64,000 nucleotides of DNA from Octopus sinensis (GCF_006345805.1 NC_043010.1:56854001-56918000); one strand, 5' to 3'; numbered from the stretch's first letter, positions 24,506-36,686 are shown. Notes: a model not told the origin generated them from the letters alone. Translations and numbers: made by a program.

Positions 24506-24959
24506 TCAATGAAATAAGTACCAGTGAAATACTGGGGCTGATGCAATCAACTATCCCCTTCTCGCAAAAAATTGCCTATAGTAGAAAGGATTATTATTAT
24601 TATTTTGGTTTGTCTCATGTTCCTGGTAGGGATTATGCAGATAGTGGGTTACTACTGGTAACCTTAGATATCCACAAGTTTTCAGCAGTCTTTCAAGTGC
24701 TTAGGACCCTCCTGATAATCCTTGCTGTCCCTAAGAGACACACTTTCTGTAGGAGCTCCACTGGGCATTCTATTGATCCCAGTGCACATTTTTTTATTAT
24801 AAGCATGACCATTACTGTTTGCATGCTCCAAATTCTTGCTATTTCAAATTTTAGGGGATTGTTTTTTTTCTTTCTTTTTCTTCTTCTGTCTCTATGATCC
24901 TGGACTCAAACGGGCATGATGGGTCGATAAATAAGCAGCTTCTATTATTATTATTATTA

Positions 24960-25495
24960 TTGAGTGAGAGAGTAGTGCATGCCATCAAAGTGACACTGGG
25001 GTACAAACATATGAAACCCAATACACTCATCATGACTACCTTCCTGATAAGGGTACATCAGGTACATGCACCACAATCATGTGTGTGACATGGTGATCTC
25101 ATATCGAGGTAAACAATGCATGACCTTGCAGATGGGGCCTAGGTACAAGTTACTTCAGGTTGAGTAGCTCATCCCACTCAAAAGGTCCCTGAATAATGTT
25201 TGTTCAAGGATGATGTTTCCAGAGGTGAATTATTCAAACCCCAAAGAATTCCTCTTAACACAAGCTTATGATCCTCCCCCCCTCTACTCTTGCTTGTGAT
25301 CAGAGATACGCATATTGTCAGCCACAAAGGGACATGCTCAACTGGTTAAGGTGACTAGCAAGTCTGTGGTATTGAGCAGAATGTTTGCTGTAGCCTATCT
25401 TTTTGTACGAAGACAAAACATGTACATAATGACACTTTCAGTCAGTTAAGATCAGAAGCCATGAGAGGCAGTGCCTGGTCTTGCATCAGGACAAT
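24960..25495. repeat. Longer uninterrupted copy of the same unclassified repeat
   Basis: Paralog of 24075-24505 lacking the TIR insertion. Confidence 0.7.
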
Positions 25496-25498
25496 TTA

Positions 25499-25845
25499 TT
25501 ATTACCTCCACCTTAGTGAAGACAGAGGTGTTGTTTTCAGTCATGATATCTCCAGAACTGCTGGATGGATTTGGATGAAACTTTCAGGGATGTTTGGCCT
25601 CATAACTGTCATGAACTGATTAGATTTTGGGATAGATCCGGTACCAGACAAGGATTTGGGATTATTTTTCCTGTTTTTTTTACTTAATTTTTGAGAGCGA
25701 TCAGGTTCATTTTTTAGCATTCTCGTTCGTGAGAGCAGTCGCGTTTATTTCAGACATTCTCATTTTAAAAATTATCTCTGGCTTAATTGTTGAGATAACA
25801 TTGGTGTTGCCTTGACAGAAGTTTGTGCTCTCTGAGTGCTCTTAT
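25499..25845. mobile_element. Helentron/DINE-like non-autonomous element (CpG-decayed)
   Basis: 5' TTACCTCCACCTT-AGTG-AAGACAGAGGT hairpin, GGATGGATTTGGATGAAACTTTCAG core, and 3' CCTTGACAGAAGTTTGTGCTCTCTGAGTGCTCTT with a subterminal inverted repeat. Layout resembles HINE-type elements. Confidence 0.5.
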
Positions 25846-26193
25846 TATTATCATCATCATCATCATCATTATTATTATTATTAAAAGATAGGTTTGTTCA
25901 CTGCATATAGTTTATCTTTATTTCACTTTACAAGACAGCTCTGATGATCACCTTGTAGCTTTATTACAGAACACCTGATGTTGATATTCTATTTTCACCT
26001 GAGATAATGTCAGAGCATCGTATGTCACAAAGCTTCTGCTTCATTTATGTGATACGGATGAAGAGGCTGTTGTCTGTTTTTTTGTGAAGTCAATCTTCAT
26101 GTGAAACTAACAGTTTATCTGGCATTGCCCTTATTGCTATAAAGTTCATTTTCCAATGGACACTTCTACAACAACAGATCAGGTTTAATGGTA

Positions 26194-26612
26194 CAGGGTG
26201 TCCCCCCAAAATTGACATTATTTAAAATGTGAATATCTAAGTAACTACATGTCTGAGGCAAACGAAATTAAATAGGCTACATGTTGAATGATAAAAGATC
26301 TATTTATCAAAATCTAAACAAGAGATACGGAGGGATGTAGATTTTATAACTGATTTCACAAAGCTTCCCAAATGTTCAATGTGCACATCACCTGTGACAC
26401 TATGACTGTGAAGTCAGTAGTCCAGCTCCTGCCAAACACGCTGTAGTACCTCAGTGGTTTGTGTTCCTCTAGGATTTGTAGGAAGAATGGGGAGGATATA
26501 GACTAGACCTTTCACATAGCCCCATAGAAAAAAAATTACATTATGTTAAAATTTGAGATCATTTGGGTGAGAATTGACTATGAAATGAAGTTAAATTTTT
26601 GGGTACACCCTG
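26194..26612 (-). mobile_element. Tc1/mariner deletion derivative
   Basis: TA-CAGGGTGTCCCCCCAAAATT ... AATTTTTGGGTACACCCTG-TA. Internal minus-strand CVTGDVHIEHL (~26405-26370) resembles a transposase C-terminus. Confidence 0.8.
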
Positions 26613-26914
26613 TATTTCATCTGAAATACTCGACTGCTCAAGTTTAACTTAATTTCCAACATCTTCAACGGTATTCAACCATTTGTAAGTATAGATGCAA
26701 GCAGAATTACAATAGGTCAGTGCTGCTATAGGCCTATGTGAAATACTTATTAACTAAAAGACCTCACATGAAAATATAATCAAATGACTGTTAATACTGT
26801 AGAGCATTCCATTATGTTGTGATAACTCCAAATCAGAATATAACGAAATTACAGTGTAACAGACATGTTGAATTGTAATGGGAAAGGGGAAGAGGCTTAA
26901 TTTTTATTTTAAAT

Positions 26915-27175
26915 CAGTGATTTTCAACAGGGGTCCATATAGCCCTTGGGGATCCATATAAAATTTTGTCGTTAAAAATTATGTTTAATAAACTATTATA
27001 TTTCTACAATACACAACATATTTAAACGTTTTTTTTTAATACAATCCCTAATAGTATTTAATCAGAAAAATATAATTGGAGTTTTTAGGTATTGAATGGC
27101 TAGAGGGTCCCCCACCTCCCTGAATAAAATAGGAATCAAAAGGGTCCATAGACAAAAAATGGTTGAGAATCACTG
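26915..27175. mobile_element. hAT (Charlie-like) MITE
   Basis: 14-bp TIR CAGTGATTTTCAAC / GTTGAGAATCACTG (13/14). Perfect 8-bp TSD TTTTAAAT at 26907-26914 and 27176-27183. Confidence 0.9.
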
Positions 27176-27183
27176 TTTTAAAT

Positions 27184-27530
27184 GATGGAGTTGGAATGTT
27201 TTAAGTAATCTCTGTCTGTTAGGGGCTGCTGCACGGATGGCATTCACTGGTTGACTGGACCCAGTGAAATTGATGCTGTTGTAGTCTACTTGCAAGTCAA
27301 TGGCTTCAGAGAAAACATGAAGGGAGGAGATTCCAGAGGACTGATGTTCTGGGAAAGAAGGATTGGCTACAGTAGTTAGAGACCTGCTGGTGGTACCACA
27401 ATCTAGGGGAAGAAAGGGACAAAAGTGAGTGACTAAGTAGGAGTGGCATGAGATCAGCCAACTCAATAAGTAGTCCTAGTAGTAGAAGAAGCAGAAAAAA
27501 ATGAGAAGGGTTCACAGCATGTCTGTAAGG
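27184..27530 (-). mobile_element. CR1/L2-group LINE 3' end
   Basis: SHSLLSLSSPR...YCSQSFFPRTSVLWNLLPS then FSEAIDLQ, the typical C-terminus of CR1/L2/Crack ORF2. Confidence 0.75.
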
Positions 27531-28568
27531 GAGAGAGGATGGAGTGTTTTTGTAACTTCCTTTTAATCCATCAAGCTAATTAGTAGCATTAACATCACTA
27601 ACTTCACCATTTCACCAAGCCTGTATCATGTCTTCCAATGACTTTTATGTTGGTTGCTTTCTCATTTCCTTAATACTGTCGTTGGAGAGACTTGCATACA
27701 TGTGATGATGTCCTTGGAAATAGCTGGCTCAGCATCTCTTGATAGCCTTAGCTTTGTTGATTCACTTTTCGGACTGCAGGTCAACTTTAACTTCCATAGT
27801 CAGTCAATAATATCGTATTAGTTTCATTTAATGTTTGACTACCTTTCTGCTTTGCCAAAAATAAATTCCTTCGTGGAGATACATTATCCCAACACCTGCT
27901 GCTGCTGTTGAGTGCTACGGCCACCAGCCACCCCACCATCATTATCCTAAATACATTGTAGTTGGATAAAAGACAGCATGGCAATGGCTGGATTGTTGCT
28001 TCAGGTCTGCTCCATCAAGGCTGACCTACAGAGGTATAAGAAAGCCAACTGATTCCTACAATTTATTGAACAATTTATCACTTTGTGGAGGATTTCTTTT
28101 GGCTACAGTGTTGAGATCTCAGTATATATTTTGACTGAGAGTTATTTGATCTGTTCATACATCACTTGACAACCAACAAGTCTACAGGAATTACTAATCA
28201 CCGCATTACTCATTATCGTTCATTTTCTTCTCTTTCTCTCTCATTATGAAAATCCTTTGTTGCTTCTCCGCGCACACACGCGCGCATACAAAATGCTTTA
28301 TAACTACTTAGGTTTCTATTTCTTAATCGCATGTGTTGAGAGTGACCAACCTCTTTGGCAGGATATCCTCTGTACTAGAGGATATGCTCAATCTTTGGGG
28401 AGACTCTCCATGTAGATCTTCCCAGTTCAAAACAAATCTGTAGTTCATTGTTTAAAATATTTTTAATTTGTTCAGTCTCTATTTCATTTCAAGACTTTTG
28501 CTGACAGTAAGGGGTCTATATGACTGTGTGCTGTCTGTTTTCATATTTGGGATCTATAACTGGTTTGG

Positions 28569-28607
<39 letters not shown>

Positions 28608-29774
28608 AAGAGAGAGTGTGTGTGTGTGTCTGAGGGGTCTTTACTGCTATGAGTAGTCTATATTGGCATTAGTATATACTGTCTGTATATATGATGTATA
28701 TGGCTATGTACTTTTTCTATATAATCAGTCTGTTTTAATATCTCTACTAGGTCTCTGCTGCTTTTTTAATTATTTGGTCAGAGGTAGAAGTGCAACAGCA
28801 GCTATGATCCTTTTCAGGACCTCCTAGGTGTGCAGAAGGAAACTTGGCATAAGTGCTTGCAACATAGTGGACTCTACTACAAGCACCCAACGACCAGGTG
28901 GTGGTCAGTCTACAGACGAAGCTCATGAATTCTAATGTGTGTGATAGACATTATTAGCTGCCTGTATTTCTTTTTGAAGGACTGATGTTTTGGAAAGTTC
29001 AAACTGGACATTAACTATGTTATTGTTCCCCACTGGGAGAGGTTAAAGCAATAAGATCAGCTGACCTTTAAACTTTTCATTAGTTCATCTGTCCCCAGTG
29101 CTACCAGATAGTGCTCAAAACAACAGCAACTCTAAACACAGTAAATATTTCCTACTACATCAAGAAATTCTTTTGTAAAACGAAAAAGTTCTGAAGTAAA
29201 TTTGGGTCAGAGTATCCATTTTGAATGGTGATTTAGGCCTGAAACTAACTAGTGTAACATATTCCAAACTTTAATAAATGCCTTCTTTGCCCTTACTTTC
29301 TTGTACCCCTTCAAGCCCTACATCACCTTTTATTTACCCAACCCATTTCTTCTGACTGTTGGCATGATAGTGGGTCTATCACATAGCCCATTAAACATAG
29401 TATTTTGGATGACATTGTTCCTTCAAAACTTATAAGCAGCCCTGACTGCTATAACAGCTAAGACCTATATAACAAGCTAGAGCCAATATAGCAGCTAGGG
29501 TTGGTAATTCTTGTCACAAGAGTACCATGGATGTTGGGGTTTTCTCCTTCTAATTTTATTGACACACACCTGTGTTTCCCTGATGAGTAGAATGTCTTGA
29601 AAGATGTACTTGGGTCCATTTATATCCGAGTTCAGTTTTTGTCACAATAGACTTTGCTTTCATCTTTTCATGGTCAATAAAATATACCACTGATATCCTG
29701 GGGCTGCTGAATATAATCGACTATACAACATTTTTGAAATTATTATTAGTATTATTATTGTGATGCTTGTAGCA

Positions 29775-29975
29775 AGATGGCAGAATGGTGAGCATGCCTG
29801 GCAGAATGCTTAGTGGCATTTCATCTGTCTTTGTGTTCAGAGTTCAAATTTCACCAAGGTCAACTTTGCCTTTCATCCTTTCGGGGTTGATTAAATAAGT
29901 ACCAGTTGAGCATTGAGGTCAATGTAATCAGCTTACTCCCCACCCCCCCGAACTTGTGCTAAAATTTGAAACCAT
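29775..29975 (+). mobile_element. SINE family A
   Basis: GGCAGAATGCTTAGTGGCATTTC...GAGTTCAAATTTCACC...GCCTTTCATCCTTTCGGGGTTGAT. Confidence 0.85.
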
Positions 29976-30099
29976 TGGATGGTAAAGTTAGTTGACAGAT
30001 GTAGTCATGGCCCTTTTCAATTTCGGGACTGTTCTATTTGTCATCCTTCCGATGTAACAATCAAATTGTGTCCTATGTGGCTTTGTGACCTTGCTACTA

Positions 30100-30275
30100 T
30101 TGTCGTTTAGCCCATGAGTAACCCTAATTAAACAGACTTATGTTCATACATTCCAACCGTGCCAATCCCGCCTTTTTTTTAATATCAAAGGACTTCTTGT
30201 CCAATGTATTCTTTAAGATGTGATTTGATGGGCGCTTGGATGCTATTTCTAGCAAATAGGGCGACCCCTTTGAGA
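30100..30275 (+). repeat. Unclassified short repeat family (also ~47158-47345 +, ~27965-28035 -, ~38830-38880 +)
   Basis: Shared TGTCGTTTAGCCC...CAGAC...ATTCCAAC and TTGG(A/C)TGCTATTTCTAG motifs. Confidence 0.55.
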
Positions 30276-30289
30276 CTAGTTTCTACCTG

Positions 30290-30421
30290 TTAAAAAGTCA
30301 GAGGCGTCGTCACGACACCGAAAACCGAGTCTTTCGATTCGCTTGTGCTGCATTCTTGACATTTTTGTTGCCCGTTCAGTGTTTGCAAGCTTCCTTTGAA
30401 TGTGTTGGTGATCCGTTACGG
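30290..30421 (+). promoter_or_regulatory. CpG-rich promoter-like patch and candidate non-coding exon ending at a consensus donor
   Basis: 14 CpG in 30301-30480 by hand count. Palindrome GTCGTCACGAC contains a CRE half-site. Donor ACGG|GTAAGT at 30421/30422. Confidence 0.4.
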
Positions 30422-31247
30422 GTAAGTTTCGCTCGGTGCGGATTAGAACACAGTTTTGTCTGCCAGATTCGGCTGCAAGTGAGAGGTAACAACAACAACA
30501 ACTACATACATAACTGCAATAACATTTATGTTAGGAGTGGAAGGAGGAGGAGGAGGAGGAGTCTGTCTTTCTTTCTCTCTTGCCTCTCACCTTCATCAGA
30601 GAGAGTCGACAGACAGTTATTGAGTTTTACATAATCGATGTCAGTTGTAGACTGGAGGTCACAGGTCACTGTGGTCCTTCAGAGCAGAATTCCTTATCTC
30701 GTTCGTATACACTCTCCTCTCTCTCTCCCAAGAATTTCGTCTGGAAGCCCTGTTGTCCACTTCAATAGCTTTTTGTCAATTTTATTTATGATGCCTGAAA
30801 TATGTTAATTAGTTATAGCTGTAATAAACCTTAGACAAAGACACTGAAGAGCCTCTGTGTGTGTGTGCGTGCGTGTGTGTGTGTGTGTGCGGCAGCAGTG
30901 GGAGGAGGAGATGGCGCAGTGTTAATAACGTATCAGGAAAGTTTGCCTGTTGTGTGTGTGTGTGTGTGTGATCAATTAATTAGCTGAATACTAAATAACA
31001 ACAAATATTGGCTTCTTCTAAAAACAGATTGATAATAATTTCCTGTTGGCAACAACACACACTGTCTACTCAACATGTTTACTTAACTGTGGACAGATAA
31101 CTGATAACCGCCCCCTCCCCTCTCTCACCACTTAGCAATGATGATGATTGCACGAGTTAGCCTCCTTGTCTGCAACAGGCACAACTATTCTCTCAACTTT
31201 TACTCCAAACTGCAGAAAACCAGCGACTATATATGGACTGGACAATA

Positions 31248-31314
<67 letters not shown>

Positions 31315-31372
31315 CCCGCCCGCATGCATGAATGTATGTGTGTATACACACACACACATATATATAGCTTAC

Positions 31373-31542
31373 CAATCAGCCATGTGCACGTTATTGGCAG
31401 CCTGCTGCTTTGAAGTAGTGGCCAACATCTTAGAAGATTGACAGATATGTATAGTAGACATAACATCCACCCACCAGCTGTCGAAGTGGCCGCCACCGAC
31501 ATATAGGTCATCAGACTTGGAAGAGGGGAAAGACGGCCCCAT
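31373..31542 (-). CDS. Candidate first coding exon of an unidentified minus-strand gene
   Basis: Exon 31609-31373 lies between a very strong acceptor (ctctttctctctctctctctttttcttccctgtag) and donor TTG|GTAAGC. ATG at 31542 has A at -3 and G at +4. Frame: MGPSFPSSKSDDLYVGGGHFDSWWVDVMSTIHICQSSKMLATTSKQQAANNVHMAD + TG (phase 2). A second frame (MTYMSVAATS...TWLI, phase 1) is also open. No homology recognised. Confidence 0.4.
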
Positions 31543-31888
31543 GATGATGATTGATGATGATGAAAAAGAAAAAGAAAAAGAAAAAGAAAAGTAGATGATG
31601 ATGATAAAACTACAGGGAAGAAAAAGAGAGAGAGAGAGAGAAAGAGTGTGTGAGAGAGGTATCTGGTTGTGAGCAGTAAAGACAAGCTGCTTGTTTTGTC
31701 TACTACTGCTAGTTTTTCTATTTCTATTTGTCTCAGATTCTACTCCTCAACCTAGTGTTGCTGTGGTTGTGTGTATAAAGTAGGTGGAGTTTCTCTCTCT
31801 CTCTCTCTCGCGCGCACACACACTCACTCACACACACATAACACACAGCGCACCTGTCACTGTACTGTTCTCTCCAACTGCTTCTTAC

Positions 31889-32130
31889 AGTGGCAGACGC
31901 AAACAGCAGTTGGCGGCGCAGAAAGCATGTCTGGATATCTAGGCCAGATTACGTAATATGTGTCTGGTTCGGGACGACAGACATAGTACAATCTGTCTGT
32001 GTGTTCGTGCTCAGCCGCTGTCAGTCAGAACAACTCTTACTGCTGCTGCTGCTGCTGATTAGCCAGACAGAACAACTATGGAATCTCATCGGGGTCAAGT
32101 TCGATGTCTCACCACTAGCTCAAGTGTACA
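31889..32130 (-). promoter_or_regulatory. CpG-rich promoter and candidate non-coding exon upstream of the 31609 acceptor
   Basis: About 14 CpG in 31801-32110. Donor GCCACT|GTAAGA at 31889/31888 gives a 279-nt intron to the 31610 acceptor. TSS not locatable. Confidence 0.35.
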
Positions 32131-32697
32131 ACATAGAGAGTTTAATTAGACATCCAGTACAGAGACAGTATTTTATTTCAAAATATGGCTACGTACTTCA
32201 AAGGAATATATTTTTAATTTTGTACGACTACAGAAGATAAAATAAAGTGATCAGAGTAGCGTGTGTGAAGCTATAATACAGTAATAAAGCAGCTTTGATT
32301 CTATATTCTTATTAGTTTACACTGTAAATTGAATATTTATCTTTACAAATACGTTGACGTTTTCTCATCTCGATCTACATGTTTGAACACACACACACAC
32401 ACACGCGCGCGCTGAAGTGTGCAGGATCTCAGATAAATTTACTGTAATAATATACATGTATCGATATCTGTCTATTTATGGCCGATATATATATATATAA
32501 ATAATCCTCGCATTGTTTTTTTGTGCTTTCTTGTTTGGATTAACTATATATATATATATATATATATGCATGCATACATACATATACACACATCTGTACG
32601 AATGTTATATGTATTTGTGTATACATATAAGTATATTAGGGGTGTGTGTATGTATATATATAATGTGTGTGTGTGTATATATATATGTATATATCTA

Positions 32698-32730
<33 letters not shown>

Positions 32731-32896
32731 TTATGTATATATATATATGTATTGTTGACAGTCTTAAGAAAGAGGTCTCAGTACCTTAAATGAGATTAAT
32801 AATATATTTTATTTTTATTAAGTTAGTGATCTGCTACTCCAAGTTCTACCTTCTGGGAACGTAGGCTCTTCAGATGAGTTATGTCGGTAACTTACC

Positions 32897-32950
32897 TGAA
32901 AACCCTCTGCACCCAGAGGCAAAATTCAGAGTGAGTAGCAAGAGACGGCC
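32897..32950 (-). other. Candidate alternative upstream exon
   Basis: Perfect donor TTCAG|GTAAGT at 32897/32896, with a possible acceptor ttcttattttggccag 54 nt upstream. Confidence 0.25.
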
Positions 32951-33036
32951 TGGCCAAAATAAGAACATTCTCTATTCTCTTGCTGCAACCCCTCTCTCAC
33001 ATACTCTCTCTCTCACACTCTCTCTCTCTCGCACAC

Positions 33037-33078
<42 letters not shown>

Positions 33079-33269
33079 TGTTGATGTCATAAGAATTTTA
33101 TGAACTTCGTAGACAATGAAAAATAATAATTCTTTATAGGAATAGTGGATTCCAAAGTATGCATAAAAGTTCTGAAGCCCAGCATACAAATATTGGGTTG
33201 AAAATCTCTTTCAGATAGAAAAAGTTAAAGTATACCCAGGGAACTTGTACTACACCCTCTGCTGTACAT

Positions 33270-33307
33270 GTTAATCCTTTATATATTATATATATATATT
33301 ATTATAT

Positions 33308-33343
<36 letters not shown>

Positions 33344-33554
33344 ATGTAATTATATTATAGTTATGTATATCGTATGTAATTATTATATAATTTACTTGTC
33401 TCTCTTTTGTAGTTATATATATATATATATATATATATATCTATTATATATATTATATCTATATATATATATATATATATATATTATAAAATATATAAAA
33501 AAAACCCCAGACATATACACATACACATGCGCCTCCACCCACACACACACACGA

Positions 33555-33611
<57 letters not shown>

Positions 33612-33715
33612 ATATAATATATATATATATATATAGATATATTAATGTAATTATATTATAGTTATGTATATCGTATGTAATTATTATATATAATTTACTT
33701 GTCTCTTTCTTTTTG

Positions 33716-33751
<36 letters not shown>

Positions 33752-34050
33752 TTATATATATATATATATATATTATAATATATATATATATATATAAAAA
33801 TATATAAAAAAAACCCCAGACATATACACATAACATGCGCCTCCACACACAACACACACGATGATATATATATATATATATATATATAGTAATATATATA
33901 TATATACTATAATATATATATATAATATATATATATAATCAGATATATATAAATATACATAGGTATATTCATTTATACTTAATGAAAATACATTGCGAAA
34001 GCAATATACGATAAATTTTTATATAATATATATTATATATATATATATAC
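33270..34050. repeat. TA-rich low-complexity block containing a ~305-bp tandem duplication
   Basis: 33340-33560 is repeated at 33644-33868 with indel differences. Confidence 0.85.
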
Positions 34051-34152
34051 CGGAGTAAACACATAAATGTGAAACAAGGTGGAAAAAAGAGTACTCAAAT
34101 ACCAGTGGTAGAGTAATATGCTTTATTTTAAGCAGCAGAAAATTCAACAAAA
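34050..34152 (-). mobile_element. Probable Penelope-type terminus ending in (TA)n, cut by the gap
   Basis: Unique AT-rich segment (minus: ...ATAAAGCATATTACTCTACC...TGTGTTTACTCCGG) abutting (TA)n, like 5541-5738 and 6206-6603. Inference only. Confidence 0.35.
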
Positions 34153-34252
34153 NNNNNNNNNNNNNNNNNNNNNNNNNNNNNNNNNNNNNNNNNNNNNNNN
34201 NNNNNNNNNNNNNNNNNNNNNNNNNNNNNNNNNNNNNNNNNNNNNNNNNNNN
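34153..34252. other. Assembly gap (100 N)
   Basis: Seen directly. A fixed 100-N length suggests a scaffold join of unknown true size. Confidence 0.99.
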
Positions 34253-34414
34253 GTTGTGGCGAAGAGTACAGCCGGGATCCCCCCCTCTGCTGGAGCCTCG
34301 TGGAGCTTTAGGTGTTTTCGCTCAATAAACACTCACAGCGCCCGGTCTGGGAATCGAAACCGCGATCCTACGACCGCGAGTCCGCTGCCCTAACCACTAG
34401 GCCATTGCGCCTCC
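34253..34414 (-). mobile_element. SINE family C, 5' part (truncated by the gap)
   Basis: Near-identical to 42392-42560. Confidence 0.9.
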
Positions 34415-34449
34415 ATTTATGTATGTATGTATATATGTATGTATGTATA

Positions 34450-34513
<64 letters not shown>

Positions 34514-34538
34514 AGTATGTATGTACTTGTATACTTGT

Positions 34539-34750
34539 GGAGGCGTGTGTGTTAGTGACTCAAAGCTGTAAGATTGTGATTTCGATTCTTAACCGGATAA
34601 CGCGTTGTTCTTGAGCAAAACACTTCATTTCTCGTTGCTCTAGTCTACTCAGTTGGCAAAAATGAGTTAATCCTGTAATGAACACCAGCGTCCCATCCCG
34701 GTGGGGAATATATACGCCACGGAAACCGACCTTATGAAACTCGGGAAGGA
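34539..34750 (+). mobile_element. Degraded tRNA-type SINE, family D
   Basis: GGAGGCG head, GATTTCGATTC B-box-like motif, TTCTTGAGCAAAACACTTCATTTC core, CGTCCCATCCCGGTGGGGAAT. Confidence 0.6.
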
Positions 34751-34829
34751 TCTTTCTCTCTCTCTCTCTCTCTCTCTAGTGTGTGTGTGTGTGGCACAGC
34801 TAGTCGTTGGAGTACCACTCTACATGCTT

Positions 34830-35300
34830 TTGTAGTCAGCAGTCACCACGAGTCTGTTCTCTGTCGTAACAGTGTCATGACCTGTTGTCAAACCAGGATT
34901 TTCTCTATCTGCTTATTTTTCGCTCTTCCTCAGCTGAGCCCTGAAGGATGGTTTTGGACAGGGAGTTGTGGCCATAAATTTGGCCTTACCAGACAAGTTT
35001 TCATTTTTGTGGTTCCTGTCTGCCAGCGTATTTGTTCACTTTCTGCCTGACAAAGCCGCTTGTTTTGTGTACGGGAAGCATGGCAGTCTTCTGAAGCACA
35101 TGTGCTCAAATGCCTGGATTACAGGTGTATCGCCTGTAAGTGTCCAACGCTCACACCCATACAGAAGGATCGAAGTTAGCAAGGACTTGTACATTTTGAG
35201 TATCTCTGGAAAATGAATGGAGTTGCTTTTCCATTTGGTGTTCGGCTTTGTTATGGCAGCAGAAACCAAACTGAGTCTTGTTGGCGTGAAGGGGTGCCAA
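34830..35300 (-). mobile_element. RTE LINE 3' fragment
   Basis: WKSNSIHFPEILKMYKSLLTSILLYGCERWTLTGDTPVIQAFEHMCFRRL in ORF 35036..35398. Confidence 0.8.
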
Positions 35301-35579
35301 AAAGTTCCTAGCTTTAAGGGTATCGCGAAAAACCTGGTTAGAAGCCCGACCTGCCGGGTTCTTTTACAGGGCTTAGAAAAACTGAAGGACCGCTGCAATA
35401 AGTGTGTGAATCTGAGAGGTATATAAGATGAATAATATAATTAATTGATTCTCCTGTATTTTCTTTAAGGAAAGACTAATACCTCAGATTTCAGATGATA
35501 TTCTCTGGGCGTTATTAGACTGTGCAAAACTGCAAATATTTCACTAAATTCTGGATCTTATTCTTGTGCAGTTGGGCAT

Positions 35580-36170
35580 TGTTGTTAAATCAACCACTTC
35601 CAGCGTTTTTTTTGCGTTTTTCTCAAAATGACTTTTCTGACTCTGAGTAGCAATCTTTAGGTCACGATATCTCCGAGAATAATCGATGTAACAGGCTGAA
35701 ATTTTGCATATGTATTACTTTGATACTTACCTAGATGCTGTTCTTGTATGAGAAGATACACTTCATTTGTTCATCTTCCAAAAAACACTTGAATACTACC
35801 ACCCAGGGTCAAAAATGCTTCAACTGCTGCATATGACTATGAGCGACTCCACAACGAATTCTTGGCCAACTTCATCAATGTCTTTGATTCACCATCTAGT
35901 CTGTTGGCATTCCAAGTTAGAGCATATTATCTTTGATAGTTTGGTAGAAAAATTTACCTAAAATAAGATTGTGTTTGCCTTGTCGGTCATTTTGAATTTA
36001 TAATTAGGTCATGAATAGATTATGTGGAAATTTGAATGTTGTGTTTCTTCGATAGAACTGACATTGTTCTTGATGTTTGCCAGATTTGGTTTGCCGGGGT
36101 TTTCTTTCCGTTGAATGAGCATCTTCAATTTAGGGGTGTTTACCTACGTCTGAGGGGTTAGTCTTGCATT
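35580..36170. mobile_element. Possible decayed DNA-transposon remnant (unclassified)
   Basis: CACGATATCTCCGAGAAT...GCTGAAATTTTGCATATG is a motif type seen in subterminal regions of DNA elements. No TIR pair found. Confidence 0.25.
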
Positions 36171-36206
36171 AACCCAAAGCCAGGAACTTTTCAGCACCCT
36201 TTCGTA

Positions 36207-36483
36207 TATCTTTTATCTTTTACTTGTTTCAGTCATTGGACTGCGGCCATACTAGGACACCGCTTTGAATGATTTTTAGTCGAATGAGTCGACCCCAGTA
36301 CTTATTCTACTTTCTAAAGCCTGGTACTTATTCTGTCACTTTTGCTGAAGTGCTAAATTACTAGCAGGCAAGTACAGCAACACCGATGGTCCGTCGGTGG
36401 CGGGGGACATACACAGACATATATCAATTAACAGAATGCTAACAAAATAAGAAGGTGCGTGGCGTTACATTAAATGTCCAAAA

Positions 36484-36538
<55 letters not shown>

Positions 36539-36615
36539 CAAGGTGCCACGTAGTGGGGTTGCACCCGGAGCCATGTAATTAGGAAGCAAGCTTCTTACCA
36601 CATAACCACGTCTGC
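36207..36615 (-). mobile_element. SINE family B
   Basis: Tail 36207-36260, internal TA tract, and head 36535-36615 are reverse-complementary to 36903-37287. Confidence 0.75.
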
Positions 36616-36639
36616 GCGCGCGCGCACACACACACACAC

Positions 36640-36686
<47 letters not shown>

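Noticed and set aside
31890-32240. 116-aa plus-strand ORF in the CpG patch
   Set aside because: GTG start, poly-Leu from a (CTG)n repeat, no recognisable domain or flanking splice signals. Better explained as antisense to the candidate 5' UTR exon.
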